DNA of 33,619 bases from positions 1 through 33,619 of the forward strand of contig NW_003314282.1 of the NCBI RefSeq assembly GCF_000143415.4, written 5' to 3'. A model generated the notes under the pieces. The model ran no database searches. It saw only the letters and a program-made list of their open reading frames with translations, and was not told the DNA's origin. Position numbers and translations under genes: made by a program. Each line of letters starts with the position of its first letter. Position 1 is the stretch's first letter. This document shows positions 12,494 through 22,564 of the stretch, piece by piece. This DNA comes from Selaginella moellendorffii (Eukaryota > Plantae > Lycopodiophyta).

Positions 12494-12908
12494 ATAGACA
12501 AACAAAAAAGGTGAATAAGCAGTTGGAGGATTATTTGTGATGTTATGTCTCAGGAGACCAGACTGATTGGGTAAGTCATTTGGGACTTGCGAAAATGTGC
12601 TATAACAACTCACCACACTCGAGTATTGGGGTGAGTCCATGGGAAATCATCAATGGGCGAGCTATTGAAGGTCCTGTGGAACTCAGCGTGGCCAAGTATC
12701 ATGGAGAGTCACTTGTAGTGGAGGCATTCACGACGGAAAGACTCAACATTTGGAATTTAGTGAGGGATTCCTTGGAACGGACTCAACAAAGGCAAACCAA
12801 ATATGTAAACCAGAAGCACTGGGATGTAGAGTTCCAAACTAGGGAGAAAGTGTGGCTGAACACCAAGAACCTCAAGCTACCAAGTGGGATCAGCCAGAAG
12901 TTGAGCAT

Positions 12909-12949
12909 GCATGTATTCCTGTAAATGAATTGATCTTGAGTTCCTTAAG
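12909..12949 (+). other. Putative 41-nt intron (GC donor or mutated GT donor) just before the integrase GPY/F motif
   Basis: AT|GCATGT...TTCCTTAAG|C. Removal joins ORFs 12580 and 12852 into KLSIKFARPY, matching KLxxxFxGPY spacing. Confidence 0.55.
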
Positions 12950-13713
12950 CAAGTTCGCAAGGCCTTACGAGATTGAGGCACGAATCGGTAAAGTGGCTTA
13001 CCATCTCCAACTTCCTCGAGAGATGGGGAAGATGCACCCAGTGTTCCACATGAACTTACTCAAGCCGTACTTTGAGGATCTGCTTCGCAAGGACCAAGTA
13101 AAACCTTTACATGAGGTTATCCAAGGGGAAGAGGAATACAAAGTCAAGGCCATCCTCAATGCGTGCAAGAGCAAGTGACAAGGATGCGAGGTGAGAGAGT
13201 TCCATGTGAAGTGGAAAGGATTTCCACACTGCGAAGCAACATGGGAACCAGAGGAGAACCTAGCGAATGCATGAGAGTTAGTGGAGGAATTTCTGCAAGG
13301 CAAAACTCTATGTACTTATGCAAAGTTCAGTTAAAGTATCAATTTGTGAAGTTGAGCAATGGCATATGTTGGGACTCGAAGGCACGCCGAAGGTAAGCTA
13401 ATTAGCATGGGTTAGCTAAGTCGACCAGGCGTAGGGAATTACGCCTAACTCCTTGCGGGGATGTCGAATCCATAGACATATTCTACGAAGGTTGGGTTTG
13501 AGTCCCAACCCCTTAGTAAAGCAAGGCTCCGACCCCATACTAGAGCGTGGTGAGGTGAGGGGTATAGGGACACCTATATTCCATTATCATGGGCTCTTGG
13601 CCGGGGAGGCTAACTTAGGCACACCGCTAAGTGGGGGGATGCCCCCGGAGACATGGGCAACAAGTCGTAGGATTAAAAAGAGACGTTCGATGTGGGGATC
13701 GAAGTTCTTCTAT

Positions 13714-13724
13714 GGGTGGTGGAG
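13714..13724 (+). other. Polypurine tract
   Basis: GGGTGGTGGAG lies 1 nt before the 3' LTR. Confidence 0.8.
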
Positions 13725-13725
13725 T

Positions 13726-14853
13726 TGTAAGGAACCAACTCCTTGAGGTGTCTTAGGTTAAAGGATCCCCGAAAGCACAACCGAAATGATAAATAGTTCA
13801 TCGGATGGGATTGAGTCTAAAATCAAGTCCAAGACCGACTCTGAGACCGAGTTCGAGATAGAGTCCGAGATCGAGTCCAAGGCCGACCCCGAGACCGAGT
13901 TCGAGACCGAGTTTGAGATAGAGTCCGAGATCCGAGATCGGGTCCAAGACTAAGTCCGAGGTCGAGTCCGAAGTTGAGTCCAAGATCAAGTCCGAGATCA
14001 AGTCCGAGACCAAGTCTGAAGTTGGGTCCGAGATCGAGTCCAAGATCGAGTCTGAGACCAAGTCCAAGTACTAATACTGGTCGAGGGGTGAAAGCCTAAA
14101 GCGTGTGTCTCCCAGGGGGGGGGGGGGGTTCCAAAAGTATAGTAGGGATAGTGAGGTCCAGGAACTAGTCTTGAAGGAACTCTTTAGTGGTGCTTCCAAA
14201 CTGACTTGAGGTTGAGACTAGAACTGAGGGGCCTTGGGTGGGAGTGAGCATGGACTTGGGTGGTGCCGGAGGGGCCACCCAAGGAAGTGCTCAAGAGCAA
14301 CTCCCACTCCCGGAAGGGAAACCGACTGCAGTGCTCCCGGCTTATGTGGAGTGGTGCCCCACTTGAGTACCTTGCGGCTCATTGGTCCTCGCCCTTCCTA
14401 GGGGCTTGGGCCTTCCTTTCGGGATGGAAGTGGGGGGGTAGAGGTACCCATTCCAGGCCGTTAGGCCATGGTGTTTCGCCCTAGTGTCCCGAAGCAAGTG
14501 TTGCACCCAAGGCTTGGGATTTAAAGGGTCCCATGATCAAGTCTTGTTGTACCAAGGGATGTTAGGAACCTAGAAGCTTGGTGTGCTTGGTTGCTTGTGC
14601 TTGCGGGGAGTGTAGCCAAACCTTAAGTCCAGTCTAACCTGGGGAGGGGGATTAAGAGAGATTTGGGAATCCGTGGATGGAGGGTTAATGCTCTGTTGCT
14701 CGTGTAGTGAGTAACTAAAACCAAATAGGACTAAGTAGGAGCTGGTACAATAGGCGGGAACCTTGGCAAAGGAACTTAGCTAAAGCCAAGTCGGTGTTGG
14801 TCGAATAGACGAGGTAAGCTGGAAAATTAAAAAGGAAAAATTTGTGGCTTACA
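13726..14853 (+). repeat. 3' LTR of the chromovirus (1128 bp)
   Basis: Direct repeat of 7388-8529, with about 10 differences in the first ~105 nt by eye, mostly transitions. Followed by TSD CTTAT. Confidence 0.97.
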
Positions 14854-14858
14854 CTTAT

Positions 14859-16429
14859 CAAGATGTGCATCAGCTAACAAAGCGCAAGCAATATTGATAA
14901 GGGTGTGATTCTTCCTTTCTACAACACCATTTTGCTGGGGGGTGTAGTGGGCTGTGGCTTGCAGTCATATGCCTACATCACGACAGATGCCCCAAAGCTC
15001 ATTGTTGAGGTATTCACCACCACTATCAATTCGAACAGCTTTTATCTTTCGATCAAGAATATTTTCAATGTAGGCCTTGTACGTTTGAAAGGCAACAACT
15101 GCATCACTCTTACACATCAAGAAGTGGATGCATGTTCAATAGCTATAGTCATCAATGAATGTGATGAAATATCTTGCACCATTGTGGCTTGGCACATCTA
15201 TGGGGCCGCAAAGATTAAAATGGACCAAGTCCAGAAGTCCAATTGCTTGGTACTTGCTCGGCGAGAAATTCCAGCGATGATGCTTCCCTAAAATACAAGC
15301 TTCACAAAATGTAGATATCCAATAACAATATCTTAGGATTTCATCTGTTGAAGAGATTGATAATGAACATGACCAAGTCTCTTATACCAAAACTCTGCAC
15401 GAGAATCTGCCTCCACAATTTGAAAGGCCTAAACCTGGTCGGTAGTAGTAATCTCATACAAGTCCCTAATGCATGGCCCATGAAGCAACTATGTGTCAAG
15501 CATGTGAAAGTCGCTAGAGTCAACCAAAGAGACTCCCTTTGCATCAAAGACTACCACTACATTTTGATCACATATCTTGGAGACAGACATTAAGTTTCAT
15601 CACAAGATGGAGACATGCATGGCACCACCAAATGCCATGGTTCTCTCATGATCAAGTGAAAACCTAAATTGCCCGATGGATAGTGGTATTGTCACCTAAA
15701 TGAACACCATGTTTTCCAATACTCGGCTGATAATACTCAAAAAGACTCTTTTTATTGCCCATAAAATTAGTACAACTAGAGTTTAGGAGCCACATACTTG
15801 GTGCTACAATTGCCTCTGTGTTGTAGAGCTCTTCAACAGCCTCATTTGCTGTCGCAATTCCATCACCCTTAAGTAGGTTGGCTTTTGCCATCGTAGCTAA
15901 TTGCTTAACAAGCTTTGGAGCAATGCAATCTCAAGCCCAGTGACCCATCTCCAAGTAGCAAGCGCATTGATTCTTGGCAAGTCTGGGCTTGGCATGCCCA
16001 GATACCACAGAATTTTGCCCTTTTTGGGCATTTGTAGCTGTATGTGGTTTTGCCACCTTGGCATCACCAGAATCCTGTGAAACATACATAGCTTGTAGCA
16101 TTTCCTCTCTCTCACTTCGCATGGCCTCAATGTTGCGAAGACTCTTTACGACATCTGCCCAAGTCATCTCTGGTTGGAGAAGTAGGCTCTCAATTGCATT
16201 CTTCTAGCTAGCTAGCAAGGACCTATAAAGCAACAGCCTTTGCTGCTCATCCGTGAGATAGTGCTTCGCCCCAGTAGCCTCAAGTTGTGTAAAAAAGCCT
16301 AAAGTTTGGCAGTGTGAGTTTGGATACTGCCATTTTCCTCTAGCCTCAAGGAATCCATTTGTGAATGGATGTTGAAGACATCCATTTCACTCTTGGTGGC
16401 ATAGGTGTTGCTCAACCACTTCTAGAGCG
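14859..16429 (-). mobile_element. Ty1/copia middle part (gag C-terminus, zinc knuckle, protease, integrase core)
   Basis: Motifs CACYLEMGHWA*DC (knuckle), WLLNSSCTNFM (protease), WYKRLGH, CEACILGK, YFITFIDDYS, RIDSGGEY and YTPQQNGVVERKNHTL. Joins the 5400-7387 segment in frame across the TSD (ADAHLDK|MFWQEA). Confidence 0.95.
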
Positions 16430-17988
16430 TGTGAAACACAAATCCCTAAGCCCCAAAGTGGAGCCAAAAGGGTGCCATGTGGTAGTGGCTGAAGCAGAAG
16501 CTAAACAAGCGTAACATGTTTGGACTAAAAGCTCTGACTTGAAAAGTCGAGAGCAAGAGTGGAACTCCCAACGAAGGTCTCAAGGAACAAGCTCGAAGTG
16601 AGCAATAAGTGAGTCTCTAGAAAAGGGATTCAAGAGGACCAACACATAACACGTGGAAGTGTCGAGATGGACCTAAGATGGAGTCCAAAATGGAATCTGA
16701 GATGGACTTGAGATAGACCCGAGATAGAGTCTGAGATGGACCCAAGATGGAGTCCAAGATGGAGTCCGAGATGGACCCGAAATGGACCTGAGATGGAGTC
16801 CGAGATGGATCTGAGATGGAGTCCTAGATGGACATGAGATGGAGTCCGAGATGGAGTCCGAGAAGGACCCGAGATGGAGTATGAGGTCAAGACCGAGACG
16901 GAGACTAAGACCAAGACCAAGGCTAAGATTGAGATTGAGACCAAGACTAAGACTGAATCCAAGTCTGAGTTTGAGTCCGAGTCCATGTCTGAGTCTGAGT
17001 CCGAAGGTGAAAGCCCAAAGTGTTCATCTCCCAGACCTTAGAGGGTTTGGTGAGCTCCAAAAGTATAGTAGAAGGAGGACTCTAGTGGAGCCAGTTTGGC
17101 CAGGAAAGGTCAGTGTGACCAAGGAAGGCTATACTCATGTGGTGGGTGATGATAAAACCATTAAGGAGTCCAAGGCTAAAGTGAGTACGGACAAACAAAT
17201 GGGGTAGCTTGGTGAAGTTTTCAAGAGCCAACTCTAGCTCCCCTAGGAGATTGAATGGTCGATACTCCCAATCTAAATGTAGGTGGCATTACCTACTTAG
17301 ATACCTAGCATGGCTCATTGGAACCTTGCTCTAGCCATATGGCTAGGGCACCTAAAGGCAAAAAGTGGGGAGAGTACCTACGAGGCTTGCGTAGGACCAT
17401 GGTGTTTTAAAATATCGTCCCAAAGTCCCAGACTGTGGAAAAGAAAATGAGCAATCCTCTAGTGTAGTGACCAAGGATATGGTCACATGGTGAAGAAATC
17501 CTAGAAGACAGTGGGACTTAGTGGTTGTGCCTTTGGGCCTTGACCTAATGGCAGTCTTGGCAAGCATGGCTATGGTTGAAGAGGGACTTGGTAGGGATGG
17601 AAGAAGGGATATTGGGGAAGGGTGTTCTTTATGTCTCTGGGCATCCTAAGGGTGCTAAGGTGTGATCAAAGAATGACTATTCGTGGATGGATGGCCCAGG
17701 TTTTGAGAGGTGCAGGTAGAGTTGGATCACCAGTGTGGCAAAGGTGAATGGGCATGGCTTTAGCATAACAGGTTGATATATTGGTGGTAGCTTTGAGTGT
17801 CAGTCATGGGATCAGACACATGGAGCACTTAGACCAAGTGCAAAGTTTGAGTGGCATGGATGCTATTCTCGGGGCTAACAAGCCCCAAGTCCGGAATAGA
17901 ACTTATGGAAGTTGTGAGTGAAACTCCTCCAAGTGGTTGGAAGTGTGATTAAGTGACTAAAGTAGAATGGAAAATTTAGTCATTTACA
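16430..17988 (+). mobile_element. Solo LTR (1559 bp) of a family related to the chromovirus
   Basis: TGTGAA...TTTACA termini; TSD GAGCG (16425-16429) / GAGTG (17989-17993). Excision restores the copia gag frame. Shares TGAAAGCCCAAAG, CCAAAAGTATAGTAG, TGGCTCATTGG and a 12-bp array with the 7388 LTR. No internal domain. Confidence 0.88.
16662..17003 (+). repeat. 12-bp tandem array (GAGTCCGAGATG-like) in the solo LTR
   Basis: Repeated GATGGAGTCCGA and GATGGACCCGA units, grading into 6-bp GAGACT/GAGTCT units. Confidence 0.9.
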
Positions 17989-18252
17989 GAGTGTTGCTGT
18001 GATGCACTTTCGAATTAATGGTGCAGCAAAGAGAACATTCGAGGACATGCACATCACAATACTCCCTCTAGAGTTGGAATCCTGAAGGTTCCAATCATGC
18101 ACCTCAACAACACTAGAGCCTAGAGCCGGTGATGACTCTGTCCCATCTACAATCCCCAACAAACCATGAAACAAGAGATAGGATTCAAGATGGATCTTGA
18201 ATCCCTCAAACCCTTCTCCATCAAGCTTATAGATGGATGGCTTTCCTTCCAT
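17989..18252 (-). mobile_element. Ty1/copia gag N-terminus
   Basis: MEGKPSIYKLDGEGFEGFKIHLESYLLFHGLLGIVDGTE..P matches the copia gag N-terminal pattern. Continues in frame at 16424. Confidence 0.9.
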
Positions 18253-18264
18253 AATGCTATCCCA

Positions 18265-18346
18265 GCTCCAATACTATGAGATAAATTGGGATCAAAGCGC
18301 ACTGCACTAGCGGATAGAACAGGAAAACTCTAATGTCTACGTGGCA
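18265..18346 (-). other. Degenerate iMet PBS (18265-18276) and probable 5' LTR remnant of the copia
   Basis: The minus strand reads ...ATCTCA|TAGTATTGGAGC, a 9/12 match to TGGTATCAGAGC, 12 nt before the gag ATG. LTR extent is inferred only from where germin homology begins. Confidence 0.5.
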
Positions 18347-18960
18347 AGGTGTGTCATGTAACAGGCTCGACGTTGTGGAGGGTGTCTTCATCCCGCCTCA
18401 CACGCATCCTCGTGCCTCCGAGTTCATCTACATCACCCAAGGTCGCTTGTACATTGGATTCATCAACATAGCCAACAGGGTGTTTGCAAGAGTTTATGCA
18501 ATAGTAAGTTTAAACCATTTAAAGAAGTATTATGAAGAAATATTGTCTATATCTTAGAGTACAAAACTATGGATAAGCTCTTGGATGAAACCCTTAGAGA
18601 GATTCTTCATGATAAACTACTTAATTGCACAAATAGAGTGACCAACTAGATGAAGGATAAAGTCTAGAAAAATTTTACAAAGTGACATCAAACTTTGTTT
18701 ACTCCAAGGGTGAGGTGATAATCTTCCCAAGGGGTCTCATCCACTGGCAGTTCAACATAGGAGAGGGTCCAGTGTCAGCTTTTGCAGTGCTAAACAGCAA
18801 GAAGCCCGAGTTTCAGACCATAGCTCCATCCATGTTGGGGAGTGGTGTCATGGAAGAAGTTCTTCAAAAGGCATTTTGGCTGGATGCTTGGACTGTGAAC
18901 AGGCTTGTCGAAGAGTTTGTTCCCATCGCTGAATTTATCCGAGGCACGGTAAGGTTGTGA
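18345..18960 (+). pseudogene. Germin-like protein (cupin) pseudogene, 5'-truncated and interrupted by a 200-bp insertion
   Basis: Germin boxes PPHTHPRASE and GEVIIFPRGLIHWQFNIG, and C-terminal VLQKAF. The N-terminus is missing. The insert at 18497-18696 carries in-frame stops. Confidence 0.92.
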
Positions 18961-19142
18961 TTAACTCCCGCTTCTTCGGCGGGCACTCATTGCGGAGATT
19001 CATTGTAGAACAATAATACATATTTTATATCAATTCTTCAGATGATATCTAGTCCACTTAAATCCTTTTGATTTGCAAGGCGGCAACCTTTCGATCTACG
19101 CAGTGAATGGCGGTAAAGGTACACTCAGTGATCGGCAACAAA

Positions 19143-19505
19143 ATGGCAGCGTTGTTTTGCTTTCCAGCCTTGTTCTTCTCTGCAAGTTTCATGCTCGGAT
19201 TGCGATCCACTCCATGACTTTTGTGTGGCGGACCTATCTATCAATTCTCCAAAGATGCTATTATCACGTACTATGGCAACGAGTTTGGGCTGAGAGGCAC
19301 CAGCCTTGAGAAGGTGCTTAGGGGGTCGCAAGGCATGTACGCAATCTCCAAGCCGGACAAGGCCATTTGTGGCAAGATGCAGATGCTTGTGGTGCCGGAG
19401 GCAAGAAAGGCGTTGCGTGCAGCAGGTTATCCAATCCCAGCAAAGTACGAAGGGACCAGGTTGCTGAGATTCGAGGAAGAGGTGGGGGTTTTTGAGGGCG
19501 ACTAG
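19143..19505 (+). pseudogene. Unidentified coding-like segment (120 codons, one internal TGA)
   Basis: The ATG at 19143 is in frame with ORF 19221-19505 except for a TGA at 19215-19217. Hydrophobic N-terminus, GC-richer than the flanks. No family recognised. Confidence 0.35.
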
Positions 19506-19716
19506 CTCCTCAAAAACCCATATTAAAACAAAGAGAATGCATAAGAGTGAAATCAAATGTGTTTTCTATCTTGCTATGAGTGTAGCGGCTTAGCCTCATT
19601 AAAAAATATATATAAAATCCATACTTTTCTTTTTCTTATATTAAACAGAGAATGTATACTAGTGAAATGAAATGTGGAAGCAACTTGATATTAGGGCTTG
19701 TTTGAATGAGGGAGAA

Positions 19717-22518
19717 ATGGCGATGGTTGCTTCTCCGTGCGGTGCGGATGCGAGCAGCACCAAGCGCGCCAGGGAGGCTGAGAAACGAAGGCGCAGAAGG
19801 ATGCGGAAGAAGGAAAACCCTGCTGCGCCTCGTGATTCTGGCGGCGAGAGCAAGGTAGTCCACCCTCTTTTTTGTGCTATTGGAATTGCTTGCTTTGCTC
19901 TAGGTGAATGCCGGAAGCGCGGAGATCGAGTACGTTCCAGACAAATCTCCTCTCGACGGCGATGGATTGGTCGAGTTCCAGCGGATTTTTGACAAGTTCT
20001 CGGGCCTGGAATCGTCGAAAAAGGTAGAGCGCGCTTTGCTTGAGAGTCATGCTCATGCTTGGCCTGTGTAGAAGCCTAAGGAAGCCGTGAAGACGGAGAA
20101 AATGCAAATGAGCTCGTCCGAAGACGAAGATGACAAGCCCGACGTGAGAGTGAAAGAGGTGGTGCTGTCCAACAAGAAGAAAAAGGTGGACAAGAAGTTT
20201 TTGTTTGATCACTGCAATTTCCGTGCCTGTCTTCTTTCCTTTCTTCAGATGAAACGAAGAATGACGGTTGCAGATCTTAAGGACTACTGTGGCAAACCGG
20301 ATGTTGTCGAGGTATTCGATGCTAGGCCTAGAGATGAAAAAATTTCTTCAATAGTGGCTCTCCACAGGTGTGGGACGCTACAGCTGCGGATCCCCGGCTT
20401 CTCGTTTTTTTGAAGGCTTATCGCAACACCGTGCCTGTACCGAGGCATTGGTGTCAAAAGCGGAAATTTCTACAGGTTTGTAGTGTTGTTTCGACATTCT
20501 TCTTGTTTCTTTTCCCTACTGGTCATGCTTGCATCGTTCGCGATTGTTTGTATGAACGGCTTGCATCTTAAATTGCAGTGCCTGGTGCTTGCAGGATGCC
20601 GGAGGACGGGCCATCCAAAAGGGAGGCAGTGATTTACAGGGTACGAATTTCTAGAAGCTGCATTTTTCGTGTTGCATTGTATGAGATGGTCTGCATTTCT
20701 TCTAAATCATACAGTAGCTACGTGTTTTTTCTCGGCTCTGAAATGATGCATGTCATTGCAGGGAAAGCGTGGTGTCGAAAAGTTGCCATTTCATTTACCG
20801 GAGTTCATAGCTTCGACGGGAATTCAAAAAATCAGACAGGTGCCAGGATATGTCTCTAGCGACTCGACTAATCCTTTTTCTCTGTTTTTCTCAGGCCTAC
20901 ATTGACAAGGAAAATACAAAAAAGTCGAAACAAGTTCAAAGATCTCGCATGCAACCAAAAGTGGGAAAAATGAGCATCGATTATCAGGTAATCATGCTGA
21001 CACCCTGGTGCTTGACTTAACTTGTTTCTTCTTGTCTCGCAGATCCTGCATGACGCATTTTTCAAGTACCAAACTAAACCCAAGCTGACATCCCTCGGGG
21101 ATTTGTATCACGAAGGAAAAGAATTCGAGGTGAGAGTGCTTTAGGTACAGGTAGTCGTCCTGAAAATGGTTTCGCAGATAAAACTAAGAAACATGAGACC
21201 CGGGTATCTCTCTCGTGAGTTGCGGAGTGCACTTGGCATGGACGACGGTGCTCCACCTCCATGGCTTTTCAACATGCAGGTACGTAGTCACTACACTACA
21301 TTCTATAGACTAAGGAAAGCGGACTGATTGCAGAGATACGGGCCACCGCCTTCTTATCCTCAGCTGAGGATTCCTGGATTGAACGCACCTATTCCCGTCG
21401 GTGCGTCCTTCGGTTATCATCCTGGAGGCTGGGGTAGGGCTCCTGTCGACGAGGTAAGCCAGCCAATGCTCCAAGTACGCCGAAGTATGGAAGTTTTTGT
21501 AGTATGGAAGGCCTCTATATGGAGATTTATTCGGTGCACAACGGCAGGAACTAGTGCATTACGAGGTGAGGGTTGTCCTTATTCCGTTAAAAGGCCGTGT
21601 AAATGGCTGTTGATTTCTACTTAAATGTAGGAGGAGCCTGTCGATCGCTTTAATCACTGGGGTGAGTTGGAAGATGAGGACGAAGAAGAAGAAGAGGGAC
21701 CGGAAGAAGAGCAACGGGAAGAGGTGGAGGCCGCTCCTGTTGAAGAAGCAAGCGTTGCATCTTTGGAGTACATTCTATTTACTTTACGAATCCTAGGTTC
21801 GTTTTCTAATCCTTGTAATGTCTCCAGGACTCCAGCCGGTGATGAAACTCCCAACGCGATCAACCTTCGAAAGTCAAAACGTAGTGAACCAGATATCAGG
21901 CTATATCAGGTTGTCATCGACCGTCCTATCTATGTATGCTTACTCTTTTGTCCTTTTACAGGTTTTAGAGGAAAAGAAAGAAAGTGCTCGAGCAGGAATC
22001 CTTCTGGGAAATACCCATACGTACGTTGTTCGATAAAAGTTTGGATTTCATTTTCATCCATGATGCTGTCTGTGTAGGTATGCCCTGCCTTCGGTGGAAA
22101 AGCCTGGTGTCAAGAAGGTATCCTGGCAGTAAACTTTGTTTGAATTTTCTTACGGTTCTTCTTTTAGGTGGATTTGCTGAAGAGTCAAAGAACCGGCAAC
22201 GTGGACATCACTCTACTGCCCGAGGAACTCGAAAAACTGGATGAAACTGCCCTGGCTGCAAGGTTTGCGAACATTTTTCTAGTTCATTCTCTTCATTCAC
22301 TTTTTGTTTTGATTTCTTTACAGGTTTGAGGAGGCCAGAAAAGAGAAGCAGCAGGAAACCGTAACGGAAGACTTCAGCGACATGGTTGCGTCGGTAAGTG
22401 AAAGGAAGTTCCATGTTTATTGCAAATTGTCTAAGCTTGTCCCATTCAGGCCGAAAAGAAACGAAAGCGCAAAGCCGAGAAAGATTCTCGCGCAAAGAAA
22501 GTCGACTTCAAGTTTTGA
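19717..22518 (+). CDS. SF3B2: Splicing factor 3B subunit 2 (SAP145/Cus1; DUF382 + PSP), 18 exons, 545 aa
   Basis: Exons: 19717-19854, 19904-20023, 20072-20185, 20249-20311, 20368-20475, 20762-20839, 20895-20987, 21043-21129, 21178-21279, 21334-21453, 21503-21565, 21631-21767, 21828-21909, 21962-22020, 22078-22117, 22168-22262, 22324-22393, 22450-22518. All introns are GT-AG and the frame is open. Hallmarks: NTVPVPRHWCQKRKFLQGKRG, LHDAFFKYQTKP, PPPWLFNMQRYGPPPSYP, EDFSDMVA and terminal DFKF. Confidence 0.97.
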
Positions 22519-22564
22519 TGGAAAGAAAGCTCGCTCATTTTCTTGGCAGCTGCATTGAAAGTCT

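Larger units (their letters stand above)
8589..13334 (+). pseudogene. Chromovirus gag-pol (gag, zinc knuckle, aspartic protease, RT, RNase H, integrase, chromodomain) with stops and frameshifts
   Basis: Zinc knuckle YYNCGEAGHFSREC (9693-9734); protease LIDTGA (~9913); [26 protein letters not shown] and [10 protein letters not shown]; RNase H VETDALDFALGAVL; integrase H-H-C-C, MDFITRLP and GPY/F-like KFARPY; chromodomain EEEYKVKAIL..FHVKWKGFPHCEATWEPEENL (13128-13296). Confidence 0.97.
7388..14853 (+). mobile_element. Full-length Ty3/gypsy chromovirus LTR retrotransposon (inactive copy)
   Basis: Two ~1.13-kb LTRs with TGTAAG...CTTACA termini; 5-bp TSD CTTAT at 7383-7387 and 14854-14858; iMet PBS; PPT; domain order gag-PR-RT-RH-INT-chromodomain. 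Confidence 0.98.

Noticed and set aside
13335-13725. Hammerhead ribozyme in the chromovirus 3' UTR
   Set aside because: No CTGANGA...GAAA core is visible in the structured region.
18504-18682. Germin insertion read as an intron using the GTAAGT at 18504
   Set aside because: The nearest AG acceptors (18667 and 18682) both lead to an in-frame TGA, so splicing does not rescue the gene.
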